NCBI GenBank assembly: GCA_963761335.1
Contig: CAVXGR010000024.1
Location: 96,001-160,000, forward strand
Direction of reading: 5' to 3'
DNA length: 64,000 nucleotides
From: an uncultured delta proteobacterium
Lineage (GTDB): Bacteria; Desulfobacterota; Binatia; HRBIN30; BPIQ01
Made by a program: the position numbers and the translations under genes. The notes below the pieces were generated by a model that saw only the letters and a program-made list of their open reading frames with translations, was not told where the DNA came from and made no database searches. This document shows positions 19,369 to 28,293 of the stretch, piece after piece; the first letter of the stretch is position 1, and each line of letters opens with the position of its first letter.

Positions 19369-21495
19369 TCAGCTCCCCCGCTGGTAGATGACGGTCTTGC
19401 CGTGCTGGAAGGCGATGGGGAGCTGCGCGAACTTCTCCAGGGCTTCGGGTCGATGATCCTTGCGCTCGAGCTCGCCGACGACGATGTACTCGATGTGCAG
19501 CTCGTCGAGGAGTGGGTTGATCGCCTCCAGCGAGGGGCTGTCGTACAGGCGATCGACCTCGTGGCGGCGCTGGTCGACCGGGCCGTGGTCGGAGCGCCAC
19601 AGGCCCTCGTGGTTGCCCCAGCCGAGCACCGTCGGCAGCCCGGTATTGGCCGAGAAGCGCGCGTAGTACGAGTAGGGGTTGCCGCTGGTCTCGAGGATCA
19701 CCGGCACGCCCTTCACGTGGTCGCGCAGCCAGGCGATGGCGGCGAAGTCGTCGGGATGCTCGCGCTGCAGATAAGCGGTGCCGTCGAGCGTGCGCGGCCA
19801 GGGGCTTCCCATGCGCGTCAGGGTGAGGCCGATGGGGTAGGCGCAGGTGGCCACCAACAGGCTGCCGGTCGCCACCGCCACCACCTGCGACGCCGGCCTC
19901 CAGGCCCAGCGGCGCGTGAGCAGCACCGACAATGCCCAGGGGGCGGCGAGAGAGAGCAGCAGCCACGCCTGGAAATAGAGCTTGAAGACGGTGTTCATCC
20001 GGTACAGCTTCTCGCCGTAGGAGTCGCGCAGGAAGGCGAACTCGCAGGCGAGCAGGGCGATGCTCGCCACGATGGCGAGGTTGAGCGGTGCCCGCCACTC
20101 GTCGCTTTCGCTGCGATAATGCAGGGCGACCAGCATCACTCCGAGAATGAGCAGCAGCGGGATGACGGCGTTTCCGGCGAGCGCCGCGGCGATCACCAGG
20201 ACGACGCTGGCCGCCAGGATCAGCTGGCGCAGCTCGGCTTTGGCCCGCAGCACGGCTCGGCTCTCGACCACGGCGAGGATCACCAGCGGCAGGAGCAGGG
20301 CCGCGAAGACGATCAGGAACTCGACGATCGAGGTCTGCGCGACCTTGAATCCCGGCCCGCCTCCGGTCGGCGGTTGGAAGTTCAGGTAGAACGGCAGAAA
20401 GAGGACGATCGAGCTCACCATGACGGCCACGAACTGCACCAGCATCTGCAGGCGGGCTCGGGTGAGGAGCGGCCAGAGCGGCAGGTCGCGGCCGATCAGC
20501 AGAAAGATCAACAGGGCGCCGACCGGCAGCTCCCAGGTGCTGATCGCCAGCATCGCCCCGAAGACGAAGCTCACCAGTGCCAGCGGCACGAGGTCGCGGA
20601 AGCTGCCCAGATGGAAGTCTTCGCGGCGCGGGAAGAGCTTGCGGTCGAGAAGAATGGCGAGCAGCAGCCCGGTCACCGGCAGGACCATGAAGTGCGGATG
20701 GAGATCGCCGTGAATGGTGCTGAAGAAGGGAAACTCGTTGATGGTGTCGCCATGCGCCACGATTCGCGACGAGCGCCAGTAGTCGATGGGTGTCAGGGCG
20801 CCGTGCTCCCACACCTGCATGGCCCCGTCGAGATTGCCGAGGACGAGAGCGGCGAGGCCGGAGAGCAGGCCGAAGAAAAAGCGGCCGGTGAGGCGCAGGC
20901 CGAGGGCGCTGAACTCGCTGAAGCCCAGGCCGCCGACGGTGGCGATGCAGAGGTTGTAGGCGATGTGGCTGGGAATTCCCGAAAGGCGCACGAGATTCGC
21001 GAAGGTGAGATAGCCGAAGTAGTAGTAGTTCAGGACCTTGCCCGCCATCCACGGGTCGATGGGCGGCATCACATCGGTGCGCGTCAGGGTGTTGAGGAAG
21101 GCGAAGTCCATGTACTTCTCGGCGCCGAAGATGTCAGGCGCCAGAGAGCGCTCATAGACGAAGAAGAGGAACCCCGCCGTCCACAGCCCGTCGTGCAGGA
21201 GAATCTGGCGGCCGCCGCCCTCGCGCCACCAGGCCGCCAGCTCGCGTCGTTCCACCAGGGCGCGCCACAGCGACAGGAGGACGAGCACCCCCAGCGTCCC
21301 ATAGAGCGCCAGGTGAAACGGCAGAACGCCGGCCGAGGCGACGATCCAGGAGACGAAGGTGATCAGCAGGATGCTGAGGATCTTGGCGAATGGGTAGCCG
21401 AAGCCGGAGGCGGCGGAGAACAGGCGATAGAGGAACGGCAGAAGGAGAAGGCCCAGGGCCTCGAGGAGTGCCCACCAGATCAGGATGTGCGGCAT
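19369..21495 (-). CDS. DUF2298 / Chlor_Arch_YYY-type membrane protein (predicted GT-C)
   Basis: ORF extends to 21555, likely ATG 21495 (MPHILIWW). AEKYMDFAFLN, DPWMAG..LNYYYFGY, TINEFPFFS..HGDLHPH, RMNTVFKLY, TGLPTVLGW. Confidence 0.85.
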   Translation of the reverse strand: MPHILIWWALLEALGLLLLPFLYRLFSAASGFGYPFAKILSILLITFVSWIVASAGVLPFHLALYGTLGVLVLLSLWRALVERRELAAWWREGGGRQILLHDGLWTAGFLFFVYERSLAPDIFGAEKYMDFAFLNTLTRTDVMPPIDPWMAGKVLNYYYFGYLTFANLVRLSGIPSHIAYNLCIATVGGLGFSEFSALGLRLTGRFFFGLLSGLAALVLGNLDGAMQVWEHGALTPIDYWRSSRIVAHGDTINEFPFFSTIHGDLHPHFMVLPVTGLLLAILLDRKLFPRREDFHLGSFRDLVPLALVSFVFGAMLAISTWELPVGALLIFLLIGRDLPLWPLLTRARLQMLVQFVAVMVSSIVLFLPFYLNFQPPTGGGPGFKVAQTSIVEFLIVFAALLLPLVILAVVESRAVLRAKAELRQLILAASVVLVIAAALAGNAVIPLLLILGVMLVALHYRSESDEWRAPLNLAIVASIALLACEFAFLRDSYGEKLYRMNTVFKLYFQAWLLLSLAAPWALSVLLTRRWAWRPASQVVAVATGSLLVATCAYPIGLTLTRMGSPWPRTLDGTAYLQREHPDDFAAIAWLRDHVKGVPVILETSGNPYSYYARFSANTGLPTVLGWGNHEGLWRSDHGPVDQRRHEVDRLYDSPSLEAINPLLDELHIEYIVVGELERKDHRPEALEKFAQLPIAFQHGKTVIYQRGS

Positions 21496-21626
21496 CGATT
21501 GGGATAGGGGGGTTTGAGCTGCGATCGACCTATACCGAAGGGCGCGGGATTGCAACGCGAGGGGCGGCGAGAGGCTCTTTTTCGGCGCCGGAGATGCGCC
21601 GCACCGGATTCACGGCGCGGTCCCCG

Positions 21627-22045
21627 AAAGGTGCCTGGCTTCGAAAATGTCTTGGGTGAAGGCCTGCCGGAGCCCCGGCGCTGGGCGTGGAGCTTATCGC
21701 CGCGGCGCTGGGCGTGGAGATTATCGCCCCGGAGGGGCGCGGGCATGTAGCCCCGGGTGTTAACCCGGGGACTGCCGTTCCGATTCCAGATCTGCGCCCC
21801 GGAGGGGCGCAGGCGTAGATGCCGCGTCAATCACCTCGATGAGCTTCCCACGCACCCAGCGGTGATCAACGGCGCACGGGCGCGACATCGACGAAACTTG
21901 CCCGCGCCCCTGGCGGGGCGCGTATGACGGAGCGCGCATTCTTCTTGCCCGCGCCCCGGGGCGCGTATGACGGAGCGCGCATTCTTCCCCGGGTTTCACC
22001 CGGGGCTACACGCCACCGCCCCTCCGGGGCGAACTTCGCCCAGGA
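21627..22045 (-). mobile_element. Family A nested-palindrome element, copy 2 (inverted, truncated, with internal tandem duplications)
   Basis: The reverse complement matches copies 1 and 3 from GGCGAAGTTCGCCCCGGAGGGGCG to TTTTCGAAGC. Duplicated blocks at ~21676-21728 and ~21915-21986. Confidence 0.75.
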
Positions 22046-22049
22046 GGCG

Positions 22050-23105
22050 CTAGCCGATGCGCTTTCCATCGGCGCCGAACCAGTGCAGCGAGCCCACCGG
22101 GATCTGCAACCGCTCGGGAACGGCGCCGGTGGGAACGCGCGCCGCCACCGTCTGATCTCCCAGGCGACAGCGCACCACGGTGTCGCCGCCGACGATCTCG
22201 GCGGTGTCCGGCTCGACCAACACCTGCAGGCCAGAGCTGTCCGGGCGAACCGGCGTCAGGGCCTCGGGGCGGATCCCGACGACCAGGTTGGCGGCGCTGC
22301 CGAGGCGGCCGGCGACCGCGTCGGGGATCGGCAGGCGCAGCTCTCCGATGCGGGCTGCGCCCCGATCGACGCCGGCTTCCAGCAGATTCATCGGCGGGCT
22401 GCCGATGAACGAGGCCACGAAGACGGTCGCCGGCTCGGCGTAGAGCGTTTCCGGCGGCGCCACCTGCTGCACCAGGCCGTCGCGGAGAACCACAACGCGG
22501 TCGCCCAGGGTGAGCGCCTCGACCTGATCGTGGGTTACGTACAGGGTGGTTACCCGCAGCCGTCGCTGCAGGCGGCGGATGAACTGGCGGACGCTGGCGC
22601 GCAGACGGGCGTCGAGATTGGAGAGCGGCTCGTCGAGCAGGAACAGGCGCGGCTGGCGCACCAGGGCCCGTGCCAGGGCCACGCGCTGTCGCTGCCCGCC
22701 GGAGAGCGCCGCCGGCCGGCGGTCGAGCAGCGCCTCGAGCTCGAGCATGCGCCCGATGTCCGTCGCCTTCTGCTGCCGCTCCGCCGCCGTCATGCCGCGC
22801 ATGCGCAGAGGGAACTCGATGTTCTGCCGCACCGTCAGATGCGGATAGAGGGCGTAGCTCTGGAAGACCATGGCGACATCGCGCGACTGCGGCGGCAGCG
22901 CGTCGATGCGCTCGCCGTCGATGAGAATTCGACCGCCGCTCAGGCTCTCGAGCCCGGCGATCACCCGCAACAGCGTCGATTTGCCGCAGCCGGACGGGCC
23001 GAGCACGGCGATGCACTCGCCGTCGGCGACCTCGAGGGAGAAGTCGCGCAACGCCGCCACGGCTCCATAGCTCTTCGACACCCCTTCGAACTGCACCCGC
23101 GCCAC
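22050..23105 (-). CDS. Sugar ABC transporter ATP-binding protein (MalK/UgpC family)
   Basis: Walker A GPSGCGKST, MVFQSYALYPH, LSGGQRQR, LLDEPLSNLD, VTHDQ, FIGSPPMN. Start placed at GTG 23105; the longer ORF reads into the repeat. Confidence 0.93.
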   Translation of the reverse strand: MARVQFEGVSKSYGAVAALRDFSLEVADGECIAVLGPSGCGKSTLLRVIAGLESLSGGRILIDGERIDALPPQSRDVAMVFQSYALYPHLTVRQNIEFPLRMRGMTAAERQQKATDIGRMLELEALLDRRPAALSGGQRQRVALARALVRQPRLFLLDEPLSNLDARLRASVRQFIRRLQRRLRVTTLYVTHDQVEALTLGDRVVVLRDGLVQQVAPPETLYAEPATVFVASFIGSPPMNLLEAGVDRGAARIGELRLPIPDAVAGRLGSAANLVVGIRPEALTPVRPDSSGLQVLVEPDTAEIVGGDTVVRCRLGDQTVAARVPTGAVPERLQIPVGSLHWFGADGKRIG

Positions 23106-23160
23106 CCCGGGAACAAAGCAAATCGACGGGGAAAGACCAAGGTGCGGGGTGTTGAGGGAT

Positions 23161-23659
23161 GGGGACAGGGCGTCATGAGCCTGCGGCTCACCAACAGACG
23201 ATGAAAATGAGGCTGGGGATGGGCCCCGTAGAGAGATTTGGAGGTTCTCGGCGGGGCGAAGTTCGCCCCGGAGGGGCGCGGTGGCGTGTAGCCCCGGGTG
23301 AAACCCGGGGAAAAATGCGCGCTCCGTCATAGGCGCCCCGCCAGGGGGCGCGGGCAAACTTCCGTCGATGTCGCGCCTCTACGCCGATGCTCACCGATGC
23401 GTGCGTGGGTAGCTCATCGTCGTGATTCACGCGACCGCTACGCCCGCGCCCCTCCGGGGCGCTGATCTGGGCCAATCGGAACGTGGTCCCCGGGTTAACA
23501 CCCGGGGCTACAAGCCTACGCCCCTCCGGGGCGATAAGCCTCCACCCCAACGCCGGGACTCCGCCAGACCTTCACCCAATAGATTTTCGAAGCAGGCAAC
23601 TTTTGCGCCTCAAAATCTCCTGCCGGCAACGATCTCGCTCGCAAAAGTTGCCTGTCCCC
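23161..23659 (+). mobile_element. Family A nested-palindrome element, copy 3
   Basis: Colinear with copy 1 and bounded by the 9-bp inverted repeat GGGGACAGG ... CCTGTCCCC. Confidence 0.75.
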
Positions 23660-23681
23660 ACCTGCCGTAGCTAGCCCAGGG

Positions 23682-24983
23682 CTAGTTCCCCGACAGCGAC
23701 AGGGCCCGCAGGGTGAAGCGGTTCGCCGGAAAGCTGCGCTCGATGAAGTGGGAGGTGTAGCGACCGCCGAAGGCGGCGCGGTCGGCCTTGTCGTTCACGC
23801 CGATGACGATGTCGTTGGCGACGGCCGAGAAGGTGCCGTCGGCGCTCTTGGCCCAGTGATGGCCGCAGGCGGCGTTGTAGAAGTACTCGCCGGAGCGGTT
23901 GTAGACGAGCTTCCAGTGGATCTGGAACATCTCCTTGTCGAAGTAGAAGATGGTCTTCGAGAAGTTGTACTGCGGGTCGGTCGACTCCCCTTCGATGATC
24001 CACACGTCGCGGGGGACGTAGACGAGGCCGTCGACGATCTGCCAGGGCACGCCCTTGGAGCCCGGCGTCTCGTAGGCCGCCTTCAGGTACGGGATGTCGA
24101 CGGAGAAGCGCGTCGGGCTCACCGGCCGCATCGGATAGGCGTAGGGCCCGAGGACCGGTGCGAGGATGCGTCCCTCGCCGAGAAGCTTCCAGCGATAGTA
24201 CTCGATCTTGCCGGCGTAGCAGTTGCCGTCGTCGGCGAAGACGTCCATGCCGGCGATGGAATCGGAGCGGCTGGCGGCGTTCAGCCGCCGGATGCGGCGC
24301 GTCGACGGCAGGTAGCCCCAGATCTGGTCCTGACTCTCCCAGTCATTCTTCCGCTTTGCCAGGAAGCTGACGTTCTCGACGTCGCTCGGCTCCAAGAGAA
24401 ACGCCATGCCGGTGCTGCGCAGGCCTTCGGGGTTGTCGATTGGCCCCCCATGGCGACCGACGTAGGCCATGACCTCGCTCGCCACCTTCACCCGCCGAAA
24501 CTCGCCGTTGCGATCGATGCCGTTCAAGGTGAAGGTGGCGCCGCCGCCTTCTCCCTGCAGGCTCGCGGCGGCGAAGTTCCAGGCGATCTTGCAGCCTGCC
24601 CGCGGATCCTTCGGGTCGATGTCGGGAAACGGAAGGCCGAAGAAGAACCCGGGCATCTCCCCGGTGCGCACGTCGGCCAGGCCGCACACGTCGGCGGCCA
24701 GGCCGTAGTGCCCGCTGTTGGCCTTGCTCGCTTCCCAGAACTTGCTCGAGTAGTTGGCGTGAAATTTCTCCGGATCCACAGGCACGACGCGAAGCTCGTA
24801 CTCGCCCTTCTTGACACGCTCCAGAACCGCCGGCGGTAGCAGGTCAGTCGCTTGCTGCCAGTTGTTGGCAGTGAGAAGCCACGGCGCCGACTCGGTTTCG
24901 GCTCTTGAGTCCGACGCCGGGAACGCGACGGAGACGAGTAGCAGAGCCGAGAGCAGAGCTGGCCACAACACAGATCGAGTCAT
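23682..24983 (-). CDS. DUF1329 family exported protein (outer-membrane lipoprotein-sorting-like)
   Basis: Signal peptide from ATG 24983 with GGGAG RBS. GLPFPDIDPKDPRAGCKIAWN and DQIWGYLPSTRRIRRL are characteristic of DUF1329. Confidence 0.8.
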   Translation of the reverse strand: MTRSVLWPALLSALLLVSVAFPASDSRAETESAPWLLTANNWQQATDLLPPAVLERVKKGEYELRVVPVDPEKFHANYSSKFWEASKANSGHYGLAADVCGLADVRTGEMPGFFFGLPFPDIDPKDPRAGCKIAWNFAAASLQGEGGGATFTLNGIDRNGEFRRVKVASEVMAYVGRHGGPIDNPEGLRSTGMAFLLEPSDVENVSFLAKRKNDWESQDQIWGYLPSTRRIRRLNAASRSDSIAGMDVFADDGNCYAGKIEYYRWKLLGEGRILAPVLGPYAYPMRPVSPTRFSVDIPYLKAAYETPGSKGVPWQIVDGLVYVPRDVWIIEGESTDPQYNFSKTIFYFDKEMFQIHWKLVYNRSGEYFYNAACGHHWAKSADGTFSAVANDIVIGVNDKADRAAFGGRYTSHFIERSFPANRFTLRALSLSGN

Positions 24984-25017
24984 AAGAGCTCCCGCCCGAG
25001 AGGGCGGCTCTTCACGA

Positions 25018-25034
25018 TGCAACACACGTTCCAG
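25018..25034 (-). promoter_or_regulatory. sigma54 (-24/-12) promoter for the DUF1329 gene
   Basis: Minus strand reads CTGGAAC-GTGTG-TTGCA (GG-N10-GC), ~35 nt upstream of ATG 24983. Confidence 0.6.
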
Positions 25035-25200
25035 CCGCCGCGCGTACCGGAAGCTTGGACTCGGATCACGGTGATTTCCCAGCTCCGGGAAGACGGGAAT
25101 CGGAGGCACCCTGCCGGTGCTTTTCAATAGAGACCACTACCGCCGCGTACGGCGACTTGCGCTCGCCGCTCTGGGCGTCGCGCATGCCTCTCCATATTCC

Positions 25201-25336
25201 CCGTTCTCATCCCCGGTTCTCATCCCGTCGTTTTCCATTGTACTGCGAGCCTCATGAGGGCTCGAAGCTGCACAGGCTGTCCACGGCTGTCAGGGCGAAT
25301 GGAAAACGACGGGATGAGAACCGGGGATGAGAACGG
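25201..25336. repeat. Long hairpin element, family B copy 1 (39-bp perfect inverted repeat, 58-bp loop)
   Basis: CCGTTCTCATCCCCGGTTCTCATCCCGTCGTTTTCCATT (25201-25239) and its exact reverse complement (25298-25336). Confidence 0.85.
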
Positions 25337-25372
25337 AGAACCAGGGAGTGGGGAATGAGCCTTTGCTTGGCA

Positions 25373-26188
25373 TCACCGGCCGCTGCCGGACAGGGCGCCG
25401 GAGCGGATCGCCGGCTGCAGGACGCCGACGACGGCGAGAGCCGGGACGATCATGATGGCGGCGACGGCGCTGGCGAGGCCGGGATGGCCGAAGACGGCGT
25501 AATAGTAGAGCAGGGGAGGCATCGGGCGGTTGGTGACCTGCAAGAGCAGGGCGAAGGCGAACTCGTCCCAGGAGATCAGGAAGACGAGAACGGCGGCGGC
25601 GGCGATGGCGGGACGGCAGAGGGGCAGGGTGACGTGCCACAGCGTCCGCAGCGGCGAGCAGCCATCGAGGCGCGCCGCCTCCTCGATCTCCAGTGGCACC
25701 GAGCGCACGCCGTTGCGCACGATCAGAAAGGCATACGGCAAGCCCAGCAGGCAGTCCGCCAGGATGAGCCCGCCTCCCCACGGTTGATTGTAGAGACCGG
25801 CGCGCACGAAGAGAGCCGCGAGCGGGATCGCCAGGGCGATCGTGGGGAAGAGGCGCACGCCGACGATGGCGCTCTCGAGCGGACGGTCGAGGCTGGGGCG
25901 CCGCGCCGCTCCCCAGGCGGCGCCGAAGGAGAGCAGCAGGGTGAGAACGGAGGTGCCGGCGGCAACCACGGCGCTCAGCCACAGCGCCCGGCGGGTCTCG
26001 CCGGCGAACCAGATCTCCGACAGGTTGGCGCTGGTGAGATGATGCGGCCACCAGGTCGGCGGCCAGGCCAGGCTCTCCGCCTCCGGAGTGATCGCCTGCT
26101 TGATGACGAGGGCGATGGGAGCGGTGTTCACCGCTACCAGGAGCACGGCGCCGAGAAGGATCAGGAGGCGCCCGCGCCGCGTTCTCAT
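25373..26188 (-). CDS. Carbohydrate ABC transporter permease (MalG-like)
   Basis: EAA loop IEEAARLDGCS and FLISWDEF. The ATG at 26188 overlaps the upstream stop (ATGA). Confidence 0.9.
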   Translation of the reverse strand: MRTRRGRLLILLGAVLLVAVNTAPIALVIKQAITPEAESLAWPPTWWPHHLTSANLSEIWFAGETRRALWLSAVVAAGTSVLTLLLSFGAAWGAARRPSLDRPLESAIVGVRLFPTIALAIPLAALFVRAGLYNQPWGGGLILADCLLGLPYAFLIVRNGVRSVPLEIEEAARLDGCSPLRTLWHVTLPLCRPAIAAAAVLVFLISWDEFAFALLLQVTNRPMPPLLYYYAVFGHPGLASAVAAIMIVPALAVVGVLQPAIRSGALSGSGR

Positions 26189-27027
26189 CAGAGTGCCTCT
26201 CGGCGCGAGCGCGCCAGCAGCGGGACCATGGCCGCGGTCGCCAGCAGCGCCAGAGCCGCGGCGGCGGCCGCCGCCCCAGCGTCGTTCCCGTAGTCCGCCC
26301 ACTGGTGGTACGCGTACGTCGACAGCACCGGCACGCCCTCAACCCCGGTGAGCACCAGTGGCGTGGCGAAGATGCGCAGTGCGTCGACGCCACGCAGCAG
26401 CAGGGCGGCGATGATCGCCGGCCAGAGCAGCGGCAGGGTGATGCGCCAGAAGAGGCTCCAACGTCCGGCGCCGTCGAGGCGCGCGGCGTCGAACACCTCG
26501 TCGGGAAGAGCCGAGAGAGCGGCGAGCATCATCAGGAACATCACCGGGGTGACGTGCCAGGCATCGACCACGGCCACCGTGAAGAAGGCGAGCGGCTTGC
26601 CGGGAGTGAGCCAGTCCAGCGGCGGCAGTCCGGCGGCGATCAAGGCGGCATTGGCGTAGCCGTGCGGCGCCAGGACGTAGCGCGCCGCCAGCAGGAAGAC
26701 GATCTCCGGAAGCGCGAAGGGCACGATCACGGCGAGGCGCAAGGCGCCGCGGCCGCGGAAGCGCAGGTTCAGAAAGAGCGCCAGCCCCAAGCCGGCGACC
26801 AGCTCGAGAGCGACACCGAGCAGCGGGAGAAGGACGTTGTTGAGCGCCGCCCGCCAGAAGAGCGAGTCGGCGGCGACGCCGGCGAAGGCGCCGAGCGACG
26901 GCCAGCTGCCGGTGATCGGATCGACGAAGGCGAGATAGATGGCGTAGCCGACCGGGTAGGCGAAGAAGAGGGCCAGGAAGAGAAGAAAAGGCGCGCTCAA
27001 GAGCCAGGGCCAGGTCCGCCCGCTCAT
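26188..27027 (-). CDS. Carbohydrate ABC transporter permease (MalF-like)
   Basis: DAWHVTP, VFDAARLDGAG..FWRITLPLL, and about six TM segments. Confidence 0.9.
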   Translation of the reverse strand: MSGRTWPWLLSAPFLLFLALFFAYPVGYAIYLAFVDPITGSWPSLGAFAGVAADSLFWRAALNNVLLPLLGVALELVAGLGLALFLNLRFRGRGALRLAVIVPFALPEIVFLLAARYVLAPHGYANAALIAAGLPPLDWLTPGKPLAFFTVAVVDAWHVTPVMFLMMLAALSALPDEVFDAARLDGAGRWSLFWRITLPLLWPAIIAALLLRGVDALRIFATPLVLTGVEGVPVLSTYAYHQWADYGNDAGAAAAAAALALLATAAMVPLLARSRREAL

Positions 27028-27030
27028 GCG

Positions 27031-28293
27031 TCAGGCCTTCCCGTCGAGCTGCCGCGCCAGCTCGCGCAGCGTCTTCTCGACCGGCTCTCCGCCGAGGACG
27101 ATGCGGCGGAAGGCCTCCTGCCAGGCGCGGCTGATGGCGGGATATGCGGCGCCGTCGGGACGCGCGTGGATGTACGGCCGCATGGCCTCGAAGCCGGAGT
27201 AGAGGGTGGCGATCTCCGGGCTCACCTCGGGCGCGGCGTCGTCGCGCGCCGACACCCAACCGAGCCGGCTGCCGAGCTGGCGCTGCACCTCGGCGCTGAG
27301 CAGGTAGTGCACCAGCTCCTGCGCCGCGTGCGGATGCGGCGCCGTGCGCGGCACGGCCAGATAGCCGCCGCCGAGGACGGTGGCGCGGCCCTTCGGCCCC
27401 GCCGGCAGCGGTGCCGAACGGCAGCGCCCCGGCGCCAGGCCCTCCTTGTGCAGCACGGCCATGGCGAACGGCCAGTTGATCTCCGCCACCAGCTCGCGAC
27501 GCGCGAAGGCTTCGAGGATGCTCGCCTCCTTGAACGACGCCGTCGCCGGATGCAGATAGGGAGCGAGCTGTTGCAGGAAGCGGAAGGCCGTCGCCGCCTC
27601 CGGGGTGTCGAGACGATCGGCGCGACCGCCGGCCATCCACACGAAGGGAAGCACGTCGCAGGTGAGCCCTTCGTACGGCGCTCCCTTGAAGGCGATCTGA
27701 CCCGGGTGCGCGCGCGCCACACGCAGCAGGTCGTCCCAGGTCGCCGGAGGATCGCCGAGCGCCTCGTGGTCGTAGATCAGCGCCTGCCAGTTCAGTCGCT
27801 GCGGCAGGAAGCGCTGCACGCCGCCGAGGTTCCCGGCGCGCAGCGCCGCCGGCGAGAACGGCTGCAGCTGCCGCGGCTGCCAGTCGAGGGCACTGGCATA
27901 GGAGGCCGTCAGGCTCAGGTAGTAGACGTCCATCTCCGCCACGTCGATGCTGCCGCTGCCGCCGTGTGCCTCGGCGGCCAGGGCGCGGCGGATCTCGCTG
28001 TACTGCTGTGGGATGACGATCACCGAGCGGCCGGTGTCGCGCTCGAAGCGGCCGAGGACGTCGCGATAGACGGGCAGCTCACCGGGAAGGATGGCGGCAA
28101 CCAGGGTGAGGCTATCGGCCGCCGGCCGGCAGGAAACGAGCCCGCCGAGGGCGACGGCGAGGGCGATGAGCAGAGCCGCGGCCGCCGGCAGCCAGCCACA
28201 GCCCGCAGTTGCGCAAGTCGGCGCGCGCCTGGGTCCCCTCTCCCGCATTGCCGGCGGGAGAGGGACAGGGTGAGGGCTCCGACCTCGCCTCAA
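27031..28293 (-). CDS. Sugar ABC transporter substrate-binding lipoprotein
   Basis: Lipobox [38 protein letters not shown]. The start is uncertain because a palindrome covers the 5' end. Confidence 0.85.
   Translation of the reverse strand: MRRGRSPHPVPLPPAMRERGPRRAPTCATAGCGWLPAAAALLIALAVALGGLVSCRPAADSLTLVAAILPGELPVYRDVLGRFERDTGRSVIVIPQQYSEIRRALAAEAHGGSGSIDVAEMDVYYLSLTASYASALDWQPRQLQPFSPAALRAGNLGGVQRFLPQRLNWQALIYDHEALGDPPATWDDLLRVARAHPGQIAFKGAPYEGLTCDVLPFVWMAGGRADRLDTPEAATAFRFLQQLAPYLHPATASFKEASILEAFARRELVAEINWPFAMAVLHKEGLAPGRCRSAPLPAGPKGRATVLGGGYLAVPRTAPHPHAAQELVHYLLSAEVQRQLGSRLGWVSARDDAAPEVSPEIATLYSGFEAMRPYIHARPDGAAYPAISRAWQEAFRRIVLGGEPVEKTLRELARQLDGKA
28233..28276. repeat. Short REP-like palindrome (CCCTCTCCC...GGGAGAGGG..GGGTGAGGG type)
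   Basis: TCCCCTCTCCCGC-ATTGCCG-GCGGGAGAGGGACAGGGTGAGGG, immediately downstream of the purF stop. Confidence 0.6.

Noticed and set aside
23106..23357. 84-aa N-terminal extension of the ABC ATPase
   Set aside because: It reads through element copy 3; MalK homology starts at VARVQFEGVSK.
9369..23659. Repeats as a CRISPR array or integron attC cassette array
   Set aside because: No regular repeat-spacer periodicity, no cas or intI gene, and the units are long and nested rather than 25-45-bp direct repeats.
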